From Escherichia coli 042 (lineage in GTDB: Bacteria; Pseudomonadota; Gammaproteobacteria; Enterobacterales; Enterobacteriaceae): DNA of 64,000 bases. The stretch lies in NCBI RefSeq assembly GCF_000027125.1, contig NC_017626.1, one strand, 5' to 3'. Under the pieces are notes generated by a model. The model was not told the origin of the DNA, did not search any database, and saw nothing but the letters and a program-made list of their open reading frames with translations. A program made the position numbers and the translations under genes. How positions within the stretch are numbered: the stretch's first letter is position 1; every line of letters starts with the position of its first letter. This document shows, piece after piece, positions 29,631 to 43,782 of the stretch.

Positions 29631-31937
29631 GTGCATATGTTTAAGCCCAGGATTTGCAGCTGGATAGGTTTACTTCCCCTGTTTATGCTGAGTCTTCCAG
29701 TACAGGCGGAACTTCGATGTGTTGCAAATGCAGTTGATATTGAACCATTTTTTTCTGCGGCTACCGCTGAAGATAAACAACAAGTTGAACAAGCTATCAA
29801 CAGTAGCGTGAATCTTGTCCCCTTCGGTTTATCTGCATCGGACTGGAAAGTGCATCGTGGCGATTTAGTGGTTGACGGTAATATAGAGAGTAATCAAAAA
29901 TTGATTGTTCTTGGCAATTTGACAGTCAAAGGTAATATTTCCACTTTCTCTCTTTCTAATCCATGGATTATTCTCGGTAACGTGACGGCAACGAATATAG
30001 TTACGGATTCACCACTGTTAATTACCGGTTCGATAAATGCAAGTGGACTGGTATTTATCGACTCATATTACGATAATCCGTCTACGATTAAGGGGAGTAT
30101 TAATGCGCGTGGGATATTTATCAATGACATAATTGCACCTGTTGTTGTGTCTTCGACAAATAGTGAATTCATGGTCCGTGCGGGAGACAAAAATGACACT
30201 GAAAATGTCAAAAAAGCGCTGACGATAATAAATCCTGATGCATATTATTGGGGCCTAATAAATGATGAAGATGCTCTGAAAGAAATTTTTAAGCGAAGCA
30301 ATATTCGCATAGCAGGGAATGTCTGTAATCAGATGAAAAAAGAAGCGCTGTTTCGCCCTAAGCCTTCACCTGAATTAGTGCAGGAATTGCAAATGCTGGA
30401 TGAAGGCAAAGTTGCTGCATTTGAAGGGCGAGACATTGCGACATTTGATCTTGCCATAATGCGAACTCTCCCAAGGCTTAAAGGAATTTCAGCTAACCTA
30501 CGCAAACAACTTATTAATAGCAATGATGAACAAACGATTGAAAGTATGGCGAGATATATGCCTGACAATGAGATTCTGGAGTTGACCGATCAGCAATTGG
30601 GTTACCAGCCTGTGGTTCTGGGGTTGCTCAACCGTGAACCGCTCTCTGTCGAAATAATGACGCGAATTAGCCATCTACCTGATGGTGCCGGTCCGTTGAA
30701 TCTTGCGCTACGTGAAAATCTCCCTCTGGATATCGTCATGACTCTGGCGAAAAGAGATTGGGTCATTGAGGGGCTTTATAAAGATGCATGGTTATTGCCC
30801 GAATCCATTATAGATGGCTATATCCGCAGTGATGATCCCACAATTCGTCAGGTCGGTGCTGGAGGACAACTCACCTACAATCAGGCAATGCAGTTGGCGA
30901 AAGATTCATCAAAAAATGTTGTCACAAACTTAGCGTTCAAGCTGGCAGAGATGAAACACCATGGTCAATTGTTGCGGATGACACCACAAGAGAGTGACAA
31001 AATAGCAGTATATTTATACCAAAAATTCGAGAATGACGATGATCTAATAGGTACGTTATTTTTAGCGTTGCCAGATAACTTACAGTTTAATTTTGTTAAA
31101 AGGATGGAGAAAAAATCCCCTGCCTACTTTTGCTGTCGGGATATGCAGATAATTCACTCTGACGCTGCTTTACAACGGTTATTGACACGTTTCAACGATC
31201 CTGAGGGGTGGAGTAATTTGGCGAAAAATCAGTATCTGAGCACGTCGATGAAACAAAAAATTTGGCAACGTGCTTTATCGCATCGGAAAAATAATCCGAA
31301 AGCAGATTCTGCAGCATATGAAACCAGCGCTGATATGATTTTGTCTGAGCTGATTAGCCACGGTGAAGTTGATGACCAGATGCTATTAAATGCCACCTCT
31401 CTGATACGTTCGGAAGGCTGGGACTTTTTAGAGAGTGCATTAGTTAGTTGGGATAATTTACCCGCTGTTGTCCTCAAGGAATTACAGCAAAATATGCCAC
31501 GCAATGATATTTGGGCGAAGTTTTTTCTGAGGCAGGAAAACAGCTCTCGTGCGCAGGTTAACGAAGCGTTACGTGTTTATTATGCACTTGACCCCGATGC
31601 ATTAGCACAACTGGATAAACTGGCAAAACAACCGGATCGTATATGGTGGAGTACACTGGCGAAAAGCAATCTCACATTTTTCAAGTTCGGCGCACTTAAC
31701 AACCACCACACACCGCCTGCAGTACTGGCGGCAGAAATTGATCCCGAGTGGTGGATTGTGGCGATGAATAATCCCCGTTTTCCAGTTGATATATTAAAGG
31801 CGAGGCTGAAACGTGATCCTTTGCTGGCGTTAGAGCTTGTTAACCCTGAACTGGATTTAGTTCGGCAGCTGGCGCTTAACGGTAAGACGCGCGCAATACG
31901 GGAACAAGCGATGAGAAAACTTGATGAGTTGTATTGA
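29631..31937 (+). CDS. ydbD: uncharacterised protein YdbD
   Basis: 768 aa with signal peptide; K-12 synteny. Confidence 0.7.
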   Translation: MHMFKPRICSWIGLLPLFMLSLPVQAELRCVANAVDIEPFFSAATAEDKQQVEQAINSSVNLVPFGLSASDWKVHRGDLVVDGNIESNQKLIVLGNLTVKGNISTFSLSNPWIILGNVTATNIVTDSPLLITGSINASGLVFIDSYYDNPSTIKGSINARGIFINDIIAPVVVSSTNSEFMVRAGDKNDTENVKKALTIINPDAYYWGLINDEDALKEIFKRSNIRIAGNVCNQMKKEALFRPKPSPELVQELQMLDEGKVAAFEGRDIATFDLAIMRTLPRLKGISANLRKQLINSNDEQTIESMARYMPDNEILELTDQQLGYQPVVLGLLNREPLSVEIMTRISHLPDGAGPLNLALRENLPLDIVMTLAKRDWVIEGLYKDAWLLPESIIDGYIRSDDPTIRQVGAGGQLTYNQAMQLAKDSSKNVVTNLAFKLAEMKHHGQLLRMTPQESDKIAVYLYQKFENDDDLIGTLFLALPDNLQFNFVKRMEKKSPAYFCCRDMQIIHSDAALQRLLTRFNDPEGWSNLAKNQYLSTSMKQKIWQRALSHRKNNPKADSAAYETSADMILSELISHGEVDDQMLLNATSLIRSEGWDFLESALVSWDNLPAVVLKELQQNMPRNDIWAKFFLRQENSSRAQVNEALRVYYALDPDALAQLDKLAKQPDRIWWSTLAKSNLTFFKFGALNNHHTPPAVLAAEIDPEWWIVAMNNPRFPVDILKARLKRDPLLALELVNPELDLVRQLALNGKTRAIREQAMRKLDELY

Positions 31938-32107
31938 ATAACAGCGTAATAATTTTTAACCACTTGATTTATTGGGGATAATCATTCCTGACGGTGAGTC
32001 CCCAATACCTTGATATATTCTGAATTTTTAATGAAGCGGCGTGTTACGATATCTCCGTCAGGGGAATTGATGCACCATAGCGCAAACCGAATTATCAAGG
32101 ATTGATA

Positions 32108-32713
32108 ATGACGCTCTACCAGATAAAACCGCTCTTTCAGTCGCTGTTAAGGCCGACGATGTTTTGGCTTAATAAGCACCATGTTACAGCGAATCACATC
32201 ACTCTTGCTGCACTGGCACTTTCTCTTCTTAGCGGATTGCTGTTGATGTTGGTGGCACAACCCATCCTCTTTTTGCTATTGCCTATCGTGCTTTTTATCC
32301 GTATGGCGCTCAATGCGCTGGATGGCATGATGGCGCGTGAGTGCAATCAGCAAACACATCTTGGGGCGATTTTGAATGAAACAGGCGATGTTATTTCCGA
32401 TATTGCGCTTTATTTACCGTTTTTATTTTTACCGGAAAGTAACGCATCACTCGTAATACTCATGTTATTTTGCACCATATTGACTGAGTTTTGCGGTTTA
32501 CTCGCGCAGACGATTAACGGTATTCGCAGTTATGCCGGTCCATTTGGCAAAAGCGATCGCGCGTTAATATTTGGTCTGTGGGGTCTGGCCATTGCCATTT
32601 ATCCACAGTGGATGCAATGGAATAATCTTTTATGGGGCATTGCTTCAATTCTGCTTCTCTGGACTGCGATTAATCGTTGTCGGAGTGTGCTTTTTATGAG
32701 TGCAGAAAGATAA
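32108..32713 (+). CDS. ynbA: CDP-alcohol phosphatidyltransferase family protein
   Basis: 201 aa; motif DG..AR...G...D...D; membrane protein; first gene of ynbABCD. Confidence 0.8.
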   Translation: MTLYQIKPLFQSLLRPTMFWLNKHHVTANHITLAALALSLLSGLLLMLVAQPILFLLLPIVLFIRMALNALDGMMARECNQQTHLGAILNETGDVISDIALYLPFLFLPESNASLVILMLFCTILTEFCGLLAQTINGIRSYAGPFGKSDRALIFGLWGLAIAIYPQWMQWNNLLWGIASILLLWTAINRCRSVLFMSAER

Positions 32714-32853
32714 TGCTGGAAAAATCTCTGGCAACACTTTTCGCGTTGTTAATTTTAGCAACGCTGATAAACCGTTTTCTGATATGGCGGTTACCGGAGA
32801 GAAAAGGGGGTGAGGTTACATTACGTATTCGTACCTGGTGGGGCATCGTCATT

Positions 32854-32862
32854 TGTTTTTCA
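32854..32862. repeat. IS1 target-site duplication, left copy (TGTTTTTCA)
   Basis: Identical 9-mer directly flanks both IS1 ends. Confidence 0.9.
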
Positions 32863-32877
32863 GGTAATGACTCCAAC

Positions 32878-33255
32878 TTATTGATAGTGTTTTATGTTCA
32901 GATAATGCCCGATGACTTTGTCATGCAGCTCCACCGATTTTGAGAACGACAGCGACTTCCGTCCCAGCCGTGCCAGGTGCTGCCTCAGATTCAGGTTATG
33001 CCGCTCAATTCGCTGCGTATATCGCTTGCTGATTACGTGCAGCTTTCCCTTCAGGCGGGATTCATACAGCGGCCAGCCATCCGTCATCCATATCACCACG
33101 TCAAAGGGTGACAGCAGGCTCATAAGACGCCCCAGCGTCGCCATCGTGCGTTCACCGAATACGTGCGCAACAACCGTCTTCCGGAGACTGTCATACGCGT
33201 AAAACAGCCAGCGCTGGCGCGATTTAGCCCCGACATAGCCCCACTGTTCGTCCAT
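32878..33255 (-). CDS. insB: IS1 InsB (made as the InsAB' transposase by -1 frameshift)
   Basis: 125 aa from first Met; matches recalled IS1 InsB (...[18 protein letters not shown]). Confidence 0.85.
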   Translation of the reverse strand: MDEQWGYVGAKSRQRWLFYAYDSLRKTVVAHVFGERTMATLGRLMSLLSPFDVVIWMTDGWPLYESRLKGKLHVISKRYTQRIERHNLNLRQHLARLGRKSLSFSKSVELHDKVIGHYLNIKHYQ

Positions 33256-33299
33256 TTCCGCGCAGACGATGACGTCACTGCCCGGCTGTATGCGCGAGG

Positions 33300-33575
33300 T
33301 TACCGACTGCGGCCTGAGTTTTTTAAGTGACGTAAAATCGTGTTGAGGCCAACGCCCATAATGCGGGCAGTTGCCCGGCAGCCAACGCCATTCATGGCCA
33401 TATCAATGATTTTCTGGTGCGTACCGGGTTGAGAAGCGGTGTAAGTGAACTGCAGTTGCCATGTTTTACGGCAGTGAGAGCAGAGATAGCGCTGATGTCC
33501 GGCGGTGCTTTTGCCGTTACGCACCACTCCGTCAGTAGCTGAACAGGAGGGACAGCTGATAGAAACAGAAGCCAC
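33300..33575 (-). CDS. insA: IS1 InsA (transposition inhibitor / N-terminal part of transposase)
   Basis: 91 aa [23 protein letters not shown]... zinc-finger/HTH protein typical of IS1. Confidence 0.9.
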
Positions 33576-33630
33576 TGGAGCACCTCAAAAACACCATCAT
33601 ACACTAAATCAGTAAGTTGGCAGCATCACC

Positions 33631-33639
33631 TGTTTTTCA
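33631..33639. repeat. IS1 target-site duplication, right copy (TGTTTTTCA)
   Basis: Identical to 32854-32862. Confidence 0.9.
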
Positions 33640-34401
33640 ATGGTGATTTCAGGTCCACGCTGGATGACGTTGACGTTTTTTGCGCTGATAAGTTTTCTGG
33701 CATTGAAAGAATATTGTACGCTTATATCTGTACATTTTCCGCGTTGGTTATATTGGGGTATTCCTCTTAACTATTTGCTTATCGGTTTTAATTGCTTTGA
33801 GCTGTTTCTGTTATTTATACCTTTGGCTGGGTTTCTGATATTAGCCACTTGGCGAGTTTTTGTGGGTGACCCCTCCGGTTTTCTGCATACCGTGAGCGCC
33901 ATTTTTTGGGGCTGGATAATGACCGTTTTCGCCTTGAGTCATGCCGCCTGGTTGTTAATGTTGCCAACCATAAATATCCAGGGCGAGGCGTTACTGGTGT
34001 TATTTCTTTTGGCATTAACCGAGTCAAACGATATTGCACAGTATTTATGGGGAAAATCCTGCGGCAGAAGAAAAGTGGTCCCTAAAGTCAGCCCGGGAAA
34101 AACATTGGAAGGTCTGATGGGCGGCGTAATCACCACCATTATTGCGTCACTGATTATTGGACCGTTGCTGACACCGCTAGATACATTACAGGCATTATTA
34201 GCGGGTTTGTTAATTGGTATTAGTGGTTTTTGCGGCGATGTAGTGATGTCAGCCATCAAACGAAATATTGGTGTTAAAGATAGTGGAAAACTATTACCAG
34301 GACATGGCGGACTCCTTGACAGGATTGACTCATTAATTTTCACCGCTCCGGTATTTTTTTATTTTATTCGCTACTGCTGTTACTGAAGGAAAACAGAGAA
34401 A

Positions 34402-37465
<3,064 letters not shown>

Positions 37466-37518
37466 GCGGATTGAGATGTGGACTGAATATCTACAGTCCA
37501 CATCAAGATCGTGTCCGC

Positions 37519-38133
<615 letters not shown>

Positions 38134-38324
38134 TTATAGATGTTTGAATGGGCGATGCCCCGTTGCTTGTTGACACTTTATTCACAATCCTGCCACAGAG
38201 ATAGCGCAATAAATCGAAGCCTATGTTCGAATTTATTGAACAACGCATAGAAAGCCGCGATGTGGTACTCTATATCTATCATTTAAAAGAAAATTAATCA
38301 GGCAGCCTACTGCCCACTAACGTT

Positions 38325-41300
38325 ATGACAGAACAACAAAAATTGACCTTTACGGCCTTGCAGCAGCGGCTGGATTCGCTGATGCTGCGCGACAGACAGC
38401 GTTTTTCTCGCCGTCTGCACGGCGTGAAGAAGGTTAAAAATCCTGATGCACAACAGGCCATTTTCCAGGAGATGGCGAAAGAGATTGACCATGCGGCAGG
38501 GAAAGTCCTGCTGCGTGAAGCGGCACGACCGGAAATCACTTATCCGGACAATTTGCCGGTTAGTCAGAAAAAGCAGGACATTCTCGAAGCAATTCGTGAT
38601 CACCAGGTAGTGATCGTCGCCGGGGAAACGGGTTCCGGTAAAACGACTCAGCTACCGAAAATCTGTATGGAGCTGGGCCGCGGGATTAAAGGGCTGATCG
38701 GCCATACCCAGCCGCGTCGTCTGGCGGCGCGAACGGTGGCGAACCGTATTGCGGAAGAGCTGAAAACGGAGCCGGGCGGTTGCATCGGTTACAAAGTGCG
38801 TTTCAGCGATCACGTAAGTGATAACACGATGGTCAAGCTGATGACCGACGGTATCCTGCTGGCGGAGATCCAGCAAGACCGCCTGCTGATGCAGTACGAC
38901 ACCATCATTATTGACGAAGCGCACGAACGCAGCCTGAATATCGATTTTCTGCTCGGCTATTTGAAAGAGTTGCTGCCGCGGCGTCCTGACCTAAAAATCA
39001 TTATCACTTCCGCGACTATCGACCCGGAACGCTTTTCGCGCCACTTTAATAATGCGCCGATTATCGAAGTCTCCGGTCGGACCTATCCGGTGGAAGTGCG
39101 CTATCGCCCGATTGTTGAAGAAGCCGATGATACCGAGCGCGATCAGTTGCAGGCGATTTTTGACGCTGTAGACGAACTGAGCCAGGAAAGCCCTGGCGAC
39201 ATTCTGATCTTTATGAGTGGTGAGCGGGAAATTCGCGATACCGCCGATGCGCTGAACAAGCTGAACTTACGCCATACCGAAATCTTGCCGCTTTATGCGC
39301 GGCTTTCGAACAGCGAACAGAACCGCGTGTTCCAGTCGCACAGTGGACGGCGCATTGTGCTGGCGACCAACGTCGCGGAAACCTCGCTGACCGTACCGGG
39401 GATTAAATACGTTATCGACCCAGGTACGGCGCGTATCAGCCGCTACAGCTATCGCACTAAAGTGCAGCGTTTGCCGATTGAGCCGATTTCTCAGGCGTCT
39501 GCCAACCAGCGTAAAGGCCGCTGTGGTCGTGTGTCAGAAGGGATCTGTATTCGTCTCTATTCGGAAGATGATTTCCTGTCGCGCCCGGAGTTTACCGATC
39601 CGGAGATTCTGCGTACCAACCTGGCCTCGGTTATTTTACAGATGACCGCGTTGGGGCTGGGTGATATCGCCGCGTTCCCATTTGTCGAAGCGCCGGATAA
39701 ACGTAATATCCAGGATGGCGTGCGTCTGCTCGAAGAGCTGGGCGCGATCACCACTGATGAACAGGCCAGCGCCTATAAACTGACGCCGCTCGGTCGCCAG
39801 CTTTCGCAATTGCCTGTCGATCCTCGTCTGGCGCGTATGGTGCTGGAAGCGCAAAAACATGGCTGCGTGCGTGAGGCGATGATTATCACGTCCGCGCTCT
39901 CCATCCAGGATCCGCGCGAACGACCGATGGACAAACAGCAGGCATCGGACGAAAAACATCGTCGCTTCCACGACAAAGAATCCGACTTCCTCGCGTTTGT
40001 AAATCTGTGGAATTATCTTGGCGAGCAGCAAAAGGCGCTTTCTTCCAACGCCTTCCGTCGCCTGTGTCGTACCGATTATCTCAACTATCTGCGCGTGCGC
40101 GAATGGCAGGATATCTACACCCAGTTGCGCCAGGTAGTAAAAGAACTTGGCATTCCAGTTAACAGCGAACCGGCGGAGTATCGCGAAATTCACATCGCCT
40201 TACTGACCGGTTTGCTTTCCCATATCGGCATGAAAGATGCCGATAAACAAGAATATACCGGCGCACGTAACGCGCGTTTTTCCATCTTTCCCGGTTCTGG
40301 TTTATTCAAAAAGCCGCCGAAATGGGTAATGGTGGCGGAACTGGTAGAAACCAGCCGCCTGTGGGGGCGCATTGCGGCACGCATCGATCCAGAATGGGTG
40401 GAGCCAGTTGCTCAGCATTTAATTAAACGCACCTACAGCGAACCACACTGGGAACGGGCGCAGGGCGCGGTGATGGCAACGGAAAAAGTCACCGTTTACG
40501 GGTTGCCGATTGTTGCCGCGCGTAAGGTCAACTACAGCCAGATCGATCCGGCGTTATGTCGTGAACTCTTTATTCGCCACGCGCTGGTGGAAGGTGACTG
40601 GCAGACACGTCATGCATTCTTCCGTGAAAACCTGAAACTGCGGGCTGAAGTGGAAGAACTGGAACACAAAACACGTCGCCGCGATATTCTGGTGGATGAC
40701 GAAACGCTGTTTGAGTTTTATGACCAGCGCATCAGCCACGATGTGATCTCTGCACGTCACTTCGACAGCTGGTGGAAAAAAGTCAGCCGCGAAACGCCTG
40801 ATTTGCTCAACTTTGAAAAGAGCATGTTGATCAAAGAAGGGGCGGAAAAGATCAGCAAGCTGGATTACCCGAACTTCTGGCATCAGGGCAATCTCAAACT
40901 GCGTTTGAGCTATCAGTTTGAGCCGGGGGCAGATGCTGACGGTGTGACTGTGCATATCCCGCTGCCGTTACTTAACCAGGTTGAGGAGAGCGGGTTTGAG
41001 TGGCAGATCCCCGGTCTGCGCCGCGAACTGGTGATTGCTCTGATTAAATCGTTGCCGAAACCAGTACGCCGTAATTTTGTGCCCGCGCCAAACTACGCCG
41101 AAGCTTTTTTAGGCCGCGTCACACCGCTGGAATTGCCGTTGCTCGACAGCCTTGAACGAGAGCTGCGGCGGATGACTGGCGTCACCGTTGACCGCGAAGA
41201 CTGGCACTGGGATCAGGTGCCCGATCACCTGAAAATCACCTTCCGCGTGGTGGATGACAAAAACAAGAAGCTAAAAGAAGGGCGCTCATTACAGGATCTG

Positions 41301-42227
41301 AAAGATGCTCTGAAAGGCAAAGTGCAGGAAACGCTGTCTGCGGTGGCGGATGACGGTATCGAGCAGAGCGGCTTACATATCTGGAGTTTTGGGCAACTGC
41401 CGGAAAGCTACGAACAGAAGCGTGGCAACTACAAAGTGAAGGCGTGGCCAGCGTTGGTGGATGAGCGCGACAGCGTGGCGATCAAACTGTTTGATAACCC
41501 GCTGGAACAAAAGCAGGCAATGTGGAACGGTCTTCGCCGTTTACTGCTGCTGAATATTCCGTCGCCAATCAAATATTTGCATGAGAAGTTGCCAAACAAA
41601 GCCAAACTTGGGCTGTACTTTAACCCGTATGGCAAAGTGCTGGAGCTGATAGACGACTGTATCTCCTGCGGTGTGGATCAACTGATCGACGCCAATGGTG
41701 GCCCGGTCTGGACGGAAGAAGGCTTTGCTGCGCTGCATGAAAAAGTCCGCGCTGAACTGAACGACACGGTGGTGGATATTGCGAAGCAGGTCGAGCAAAT
41801 CCTTACGGCAGTGTTCAATATCAACAAACGCCTGAAAGGGCGGGTGGATATGACCATGGCGCTGGGGCTTTCTGACATTAAAGCGCAGATGGGCGGGCTG
41901 GTGTATCGCGGTTTTGTCACTGGCAACGGTTTTAAACGGCTGGGCGACACGCTGCGTTATTTGCAGGCGATTGAAAAACGACTGGAAAAACTGGCGGTTG
42001 ATCCGCATCGCGACCGTGCTCAGATGCTGAAAGTCGAAAATGTCCAGCAGGCGTGGCAGCAGTGGATCAACAAACTGCCGCCTGCACGTCGTGAGGATGA
42101 AGACGTGAAAGAGATCCGTTGGATGATAGAAGAGTTGCGCGTCAGCTACTTCGCTCAACAACTTGGTACGCCTTATCCGATTTCGGATAAGCGTATTTTG
42201 CAGGCGATGGAGCAGATTAGCGGTTAA
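38325..42227 (+). CDS. hrpA: ATP-dependent RNA helicase HrpA (DEAH-box)
   Basis: 1300 aa; Walker A GETGSGKTTQ, DEAH box IIIDEAHERS. Confidence 0.9.
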   Translation: MTEQQKLTFTALQQRLDSLMLRDRQRFSRRLHGVKKVKNPDAQQAIFQEMAKEIDHAAGKVLLREAARPEITYPDNLPVSQKKQDILEAIRDHQVVIVAGETGSGKTTQLPKICMELGRGIKGLIGHTQPRRLAARTVANRIAEELKTEPGGCIGYKVRFSDHVSDNTMVKLMTDGILLAEIQQDRLLMQYDTIIIDEAHERSLNIDFLLGYLKELLPRRPDLKIIITSATIDPERFSRHFNNAPIIEVSGRTYPVEVRYRPIVEEADDTERDQLQAIFDAVDELSQESPGDILIFMSGEREIRDTADALNKLNLRHTEILPLYARLSNSEQNRVFQSHSGRRIVLATNVAETSLTVPGIKYVIDPGTARISRYSYRTKVQRLPIEPISQASANQRKGRCGRVSEGICIRLYSEDDFLSRPEFTDPEILRTNLASVILQMTALGLGDIAAFPFVEAPDKRNIQDGVRLLEELGAITTDEQASAYKLTPLGRQLSQLPVDPRLARMVLEAQKHGCVREAMIITSALSIQDPRERPMDKQQASDEKHRRFHDKESDFLAFVNLWNYLGEQQKALSSNAFRRLCRTDYLNYLRVREWQDIYTQLRQVVKELGIPVNSEPAEYREIHIALLTGLLSHIGMKDADKQEYTGARNARFSIFPGSGLFKKPPKWVMVAELVETSRLWGRIAARIDPEWVEPVAQHLIKRTYSEPHWERAQGAVMATEKVTVYGLPIVAARKVNYSQIDPALCRELFIRHALVEGDWQTRHAFFRENLKLRAEVEELEHKTRRRDILVDDETLFEFYDQRISHDVISARHFDSWWKKVSRETPDLLNFEKSMLIKEGAEKISKLDYPNFWHQGNLKLRLSYQFEPGADADGVTVHIPLPLLNQVEESGFEWQIPGLRRELVIALIKSLPKPVRRNFVPAPNYAEAFLGRVTPLELPLLDSLERELRRMTGVTVDREDWHWDQVPDHLKITFRVVDDKNKKLKEGRSLQDLKDALKGKVQETLSAVADDGIEQSGLHIWSFGQLPESYEQKRGNYKVKAWPALVDERDSVAIKLFDNPLEQKQAMWNGLRRLLLLNIPSPIKYLHEKLPNKAKLGLYFNPYGKVLELIDDCISCGVDQLIDANGGPVWTEEGFAALHEKVRAELNDTVVDIAKQVEQILTAVFNINKRLKGRVDMTMALGLSDIKAQMGGLVYRGFVTGNGFKRLGDTLRYLQAIEKRLEKLAVDPHRDRAQMLKVENVQQAWQQWINKLPPARREDEDVKEIRWMIEELRVSYFAQQLGTPYPISDKRILQAMEQISG

Positions 42228-42253
42228 CCCTGCTATTTGCCTGATAAATCTCA

Positions 42254-42286
42254 AACCCGGTAAGCATTTAGCGCCGGGTTTTTTCT
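42254..42286 (+). terminator. rho-independent terminator after hrpA
   Basis: AACCCGG...CCGGGTT hairpin followed by TTTTTTCTTT. Confidence 0.5.
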
Positions 42287-42372
42287 TTATGAATTCTGAA
42301 AAATAGCAAGGGCGGTACTATTTTACATAAGTTACATTCATACTCTGCCCATGGTAAACAGGACGTATTGCA

Positions 42373-42507
42373 ATGAGTAGGCATGATATTTTAATGAGAT
42401 CGTATTATGAGCGAATAATAGAGCTTGATTGCGTCGGTCAGGCTTTAATCTCTTTCTATGAAAAACTTCCAGAGGAAATTTTATCAGAAAATAATGGATT
42501 GGATTAA
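42373..42507 (+). CDS. possible small ORF (44 aa) at the start of the AT-rich insertion
   Basis: ATG-initiated frame MSRHDILMRSYYERIIELD...; weak SD; overlaps the longest reading of the next ORF in another frame, so at most one reading is real. Confidence 0.2.
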   Translation: MSRHDILMRSYYERIIELDCVGQALISFYEKLPEEILSENNGLD

Positions 42508-42511
42508 TAGT

Positions 42512-42850
42512 ATGAAAAATGTAGACAATATTATCTGGCATGATGGTGTTTTAGTTGAAACAAGAATGGAATGTCACCACGCCGGGTATAATTTTATATT
42601 GACGACAGAACTTTATGTTGATGAATTTACAGCCGGAAGGGAACGAAAAAGATTCGAGTTTACAGGAGTGGAACATTTATCGCAGGTTATGGATATTGCT
42701 GAGCTTATAGATAACCAAAACGCAGGTAATATTAAAGATGCGACAATTGTTTATAAGGCAAAGAAGTATGAAATTTCACTTCATTTGTTTGGCGGTTTTT
42801 TAAGTTTTACATTTAAAACCATGCGAGTTGTTGACAATGAATTTGAGTAA
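42512..42850 (+). CDS. hypothetical protein (112 aa; 130 aa if started at 42458), AT-rich insertion ORF 1
   Basis: Same-strand ORF in visibly AT-rich DNA; no recognisable motif; contains ECHHAGY. Confidence 0.4.
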   Translation: MKNVDNIIWHDGVLVETRMECHHAGYNFILTTELYVDEFTAGRERKRFEFTGVEHLSQVMDIAELIDNQNAGNIKDATIVYKAKKYEISLHLFGGFLSFTFKTMRVVDNEFE

Positions 42851-43286
42851 TGCCAAATGCGACAAATTGTCTTTTTATGAAGAAAAAATCCGCTGGCGAA
42901 TGCGTCGGCAAATCTCGAATGCAGAGGCAATATTTTACGAGAATCAGGAAGAACACATTCAGCGCTTTTTAGGCAGATATACCTGTCGCAAACCGGTTCT
43001 TGTTTATTGGGAAAGTGAACAAAGATGGACATCTGTAAACGGTCTGGAAGTGATGAGTATGTTTGATGGGCATTGTCATCACATCTACCTTGATGATATC
43101 AATAAAAAAATACAAGCTGAATTACCTGAAGATAAAACATTAGGTTTCAAACGTCAATTGCAATTTTTCAGTTTAGGGGATGAGAAGATTAGAATATGGG
43201 TGCCACAGGGGGAATTATATTTCGCATTAATGAATGTATTGCAGATGTTCCCCCTGAAGAAAATGGTTAATGACTGGACAAGGTAA
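42837..43286 (+). CDS. hypothetical protein (149 aa), AT-rich insertion ORF 2
   Basis: ATG overlaps the 3' end of the previous ORF by 14 nt; contains HCHHIYL; no recognisable domain. Confidence 0.4.
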   Translation: MNLSNAKCDKLSFYEEKIRWRMRRQISNAEAIFYENQEEHIQRFLGRYTCRKPVLVYWESEQRWTSVNGLEVMSMFDGHCHHIYLDDINKKIQAELPEDKTLGFKRQLQFFSLGDEKIRIWVPQGELYFALMNVLQMFPLKKMVNDWTR

Positions 43287-43404
43287 TTTCAAATCACAGT
43301 AATGTCCATCGATTATACATGGTACGTAAACAGACTCGCACCGTTTTTGCAGAAGGTTAATGTGTGTCTATTGAGTGCAGTCTCATATATGAAGGGGTAT
43401 TGAC

Positions 43405-43782
43405 ATGGATGAATGTTTTATAAATATCACTCCGACTTCATTGTCTTTTAAAAACGCCGATCTGTCAGATTTAAGCTATAAAAATGCCAGGCTTGAACTT
43501 ACCCTGATATGCCCGGCGATCAAGTCAGAAGTTAAGTTATCATTTGACTGGATACATTCATTTCGTGTTACTGACGAAGGTGATTTGTTAGGAATGTCAG
43601 GAATGCACGGTATTAACCAAACAGGTATCTATAGAGTAGTGAATTCCGCCTATTTTTCATGGTTTACTATGCAAAGTTGTGAAATTTATAAAAATAATGT
43701 GATCGAGCATTATGTCATTGCCACGTCAAATGATGTTATTGATGTTTTATCAACAGTTTCTCCGCAAATACAGTATGACTAA
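43405..43782 (+). CDS. hypothetical protein (125 aa), AT-rich insertion ORF 3
   Basis: SD-like AAGGGG 8 nt upstream of ATG; no recognisable domain. Confidence 0.45.
   Translation: MDECFINITPTSLSFKNADLSDLSYKNARLELTLICPAIKSEVKLSFDWIHSFRVTDEGDLLGMSGMHGINQTGIYRVVNSAYFSWFTMQSCEIYKNNVIEHYVIATSNDVIDVLSTVSPQIQYD

Larger units (their letters stand above)
32863..33630 (-). mobile_element. insertion sequence IS1 (768 bp), complete
   Basis: Terminal inverted repeats GGTAATGACTCCAACTTATTGAT (32863-) and ATCAGTAAGTTGGCAGCATCACC (-33630); insA and insB ORFs; A6C frameshift motif. Confidence 0.95.
32713..34386 (+). pseudogene. ynbB: ynbB (CdsA-like phosphatidate cytidylyltransferase) interrupted by IS1 after codon 50
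   Basis: 5' 50 codons (32713-32862) and 3' 248 codons (33631-34386) are in frame once IS1 and one copy of the 9-bp duplication are removed, giving 298 aa. Confidence 0.8.
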
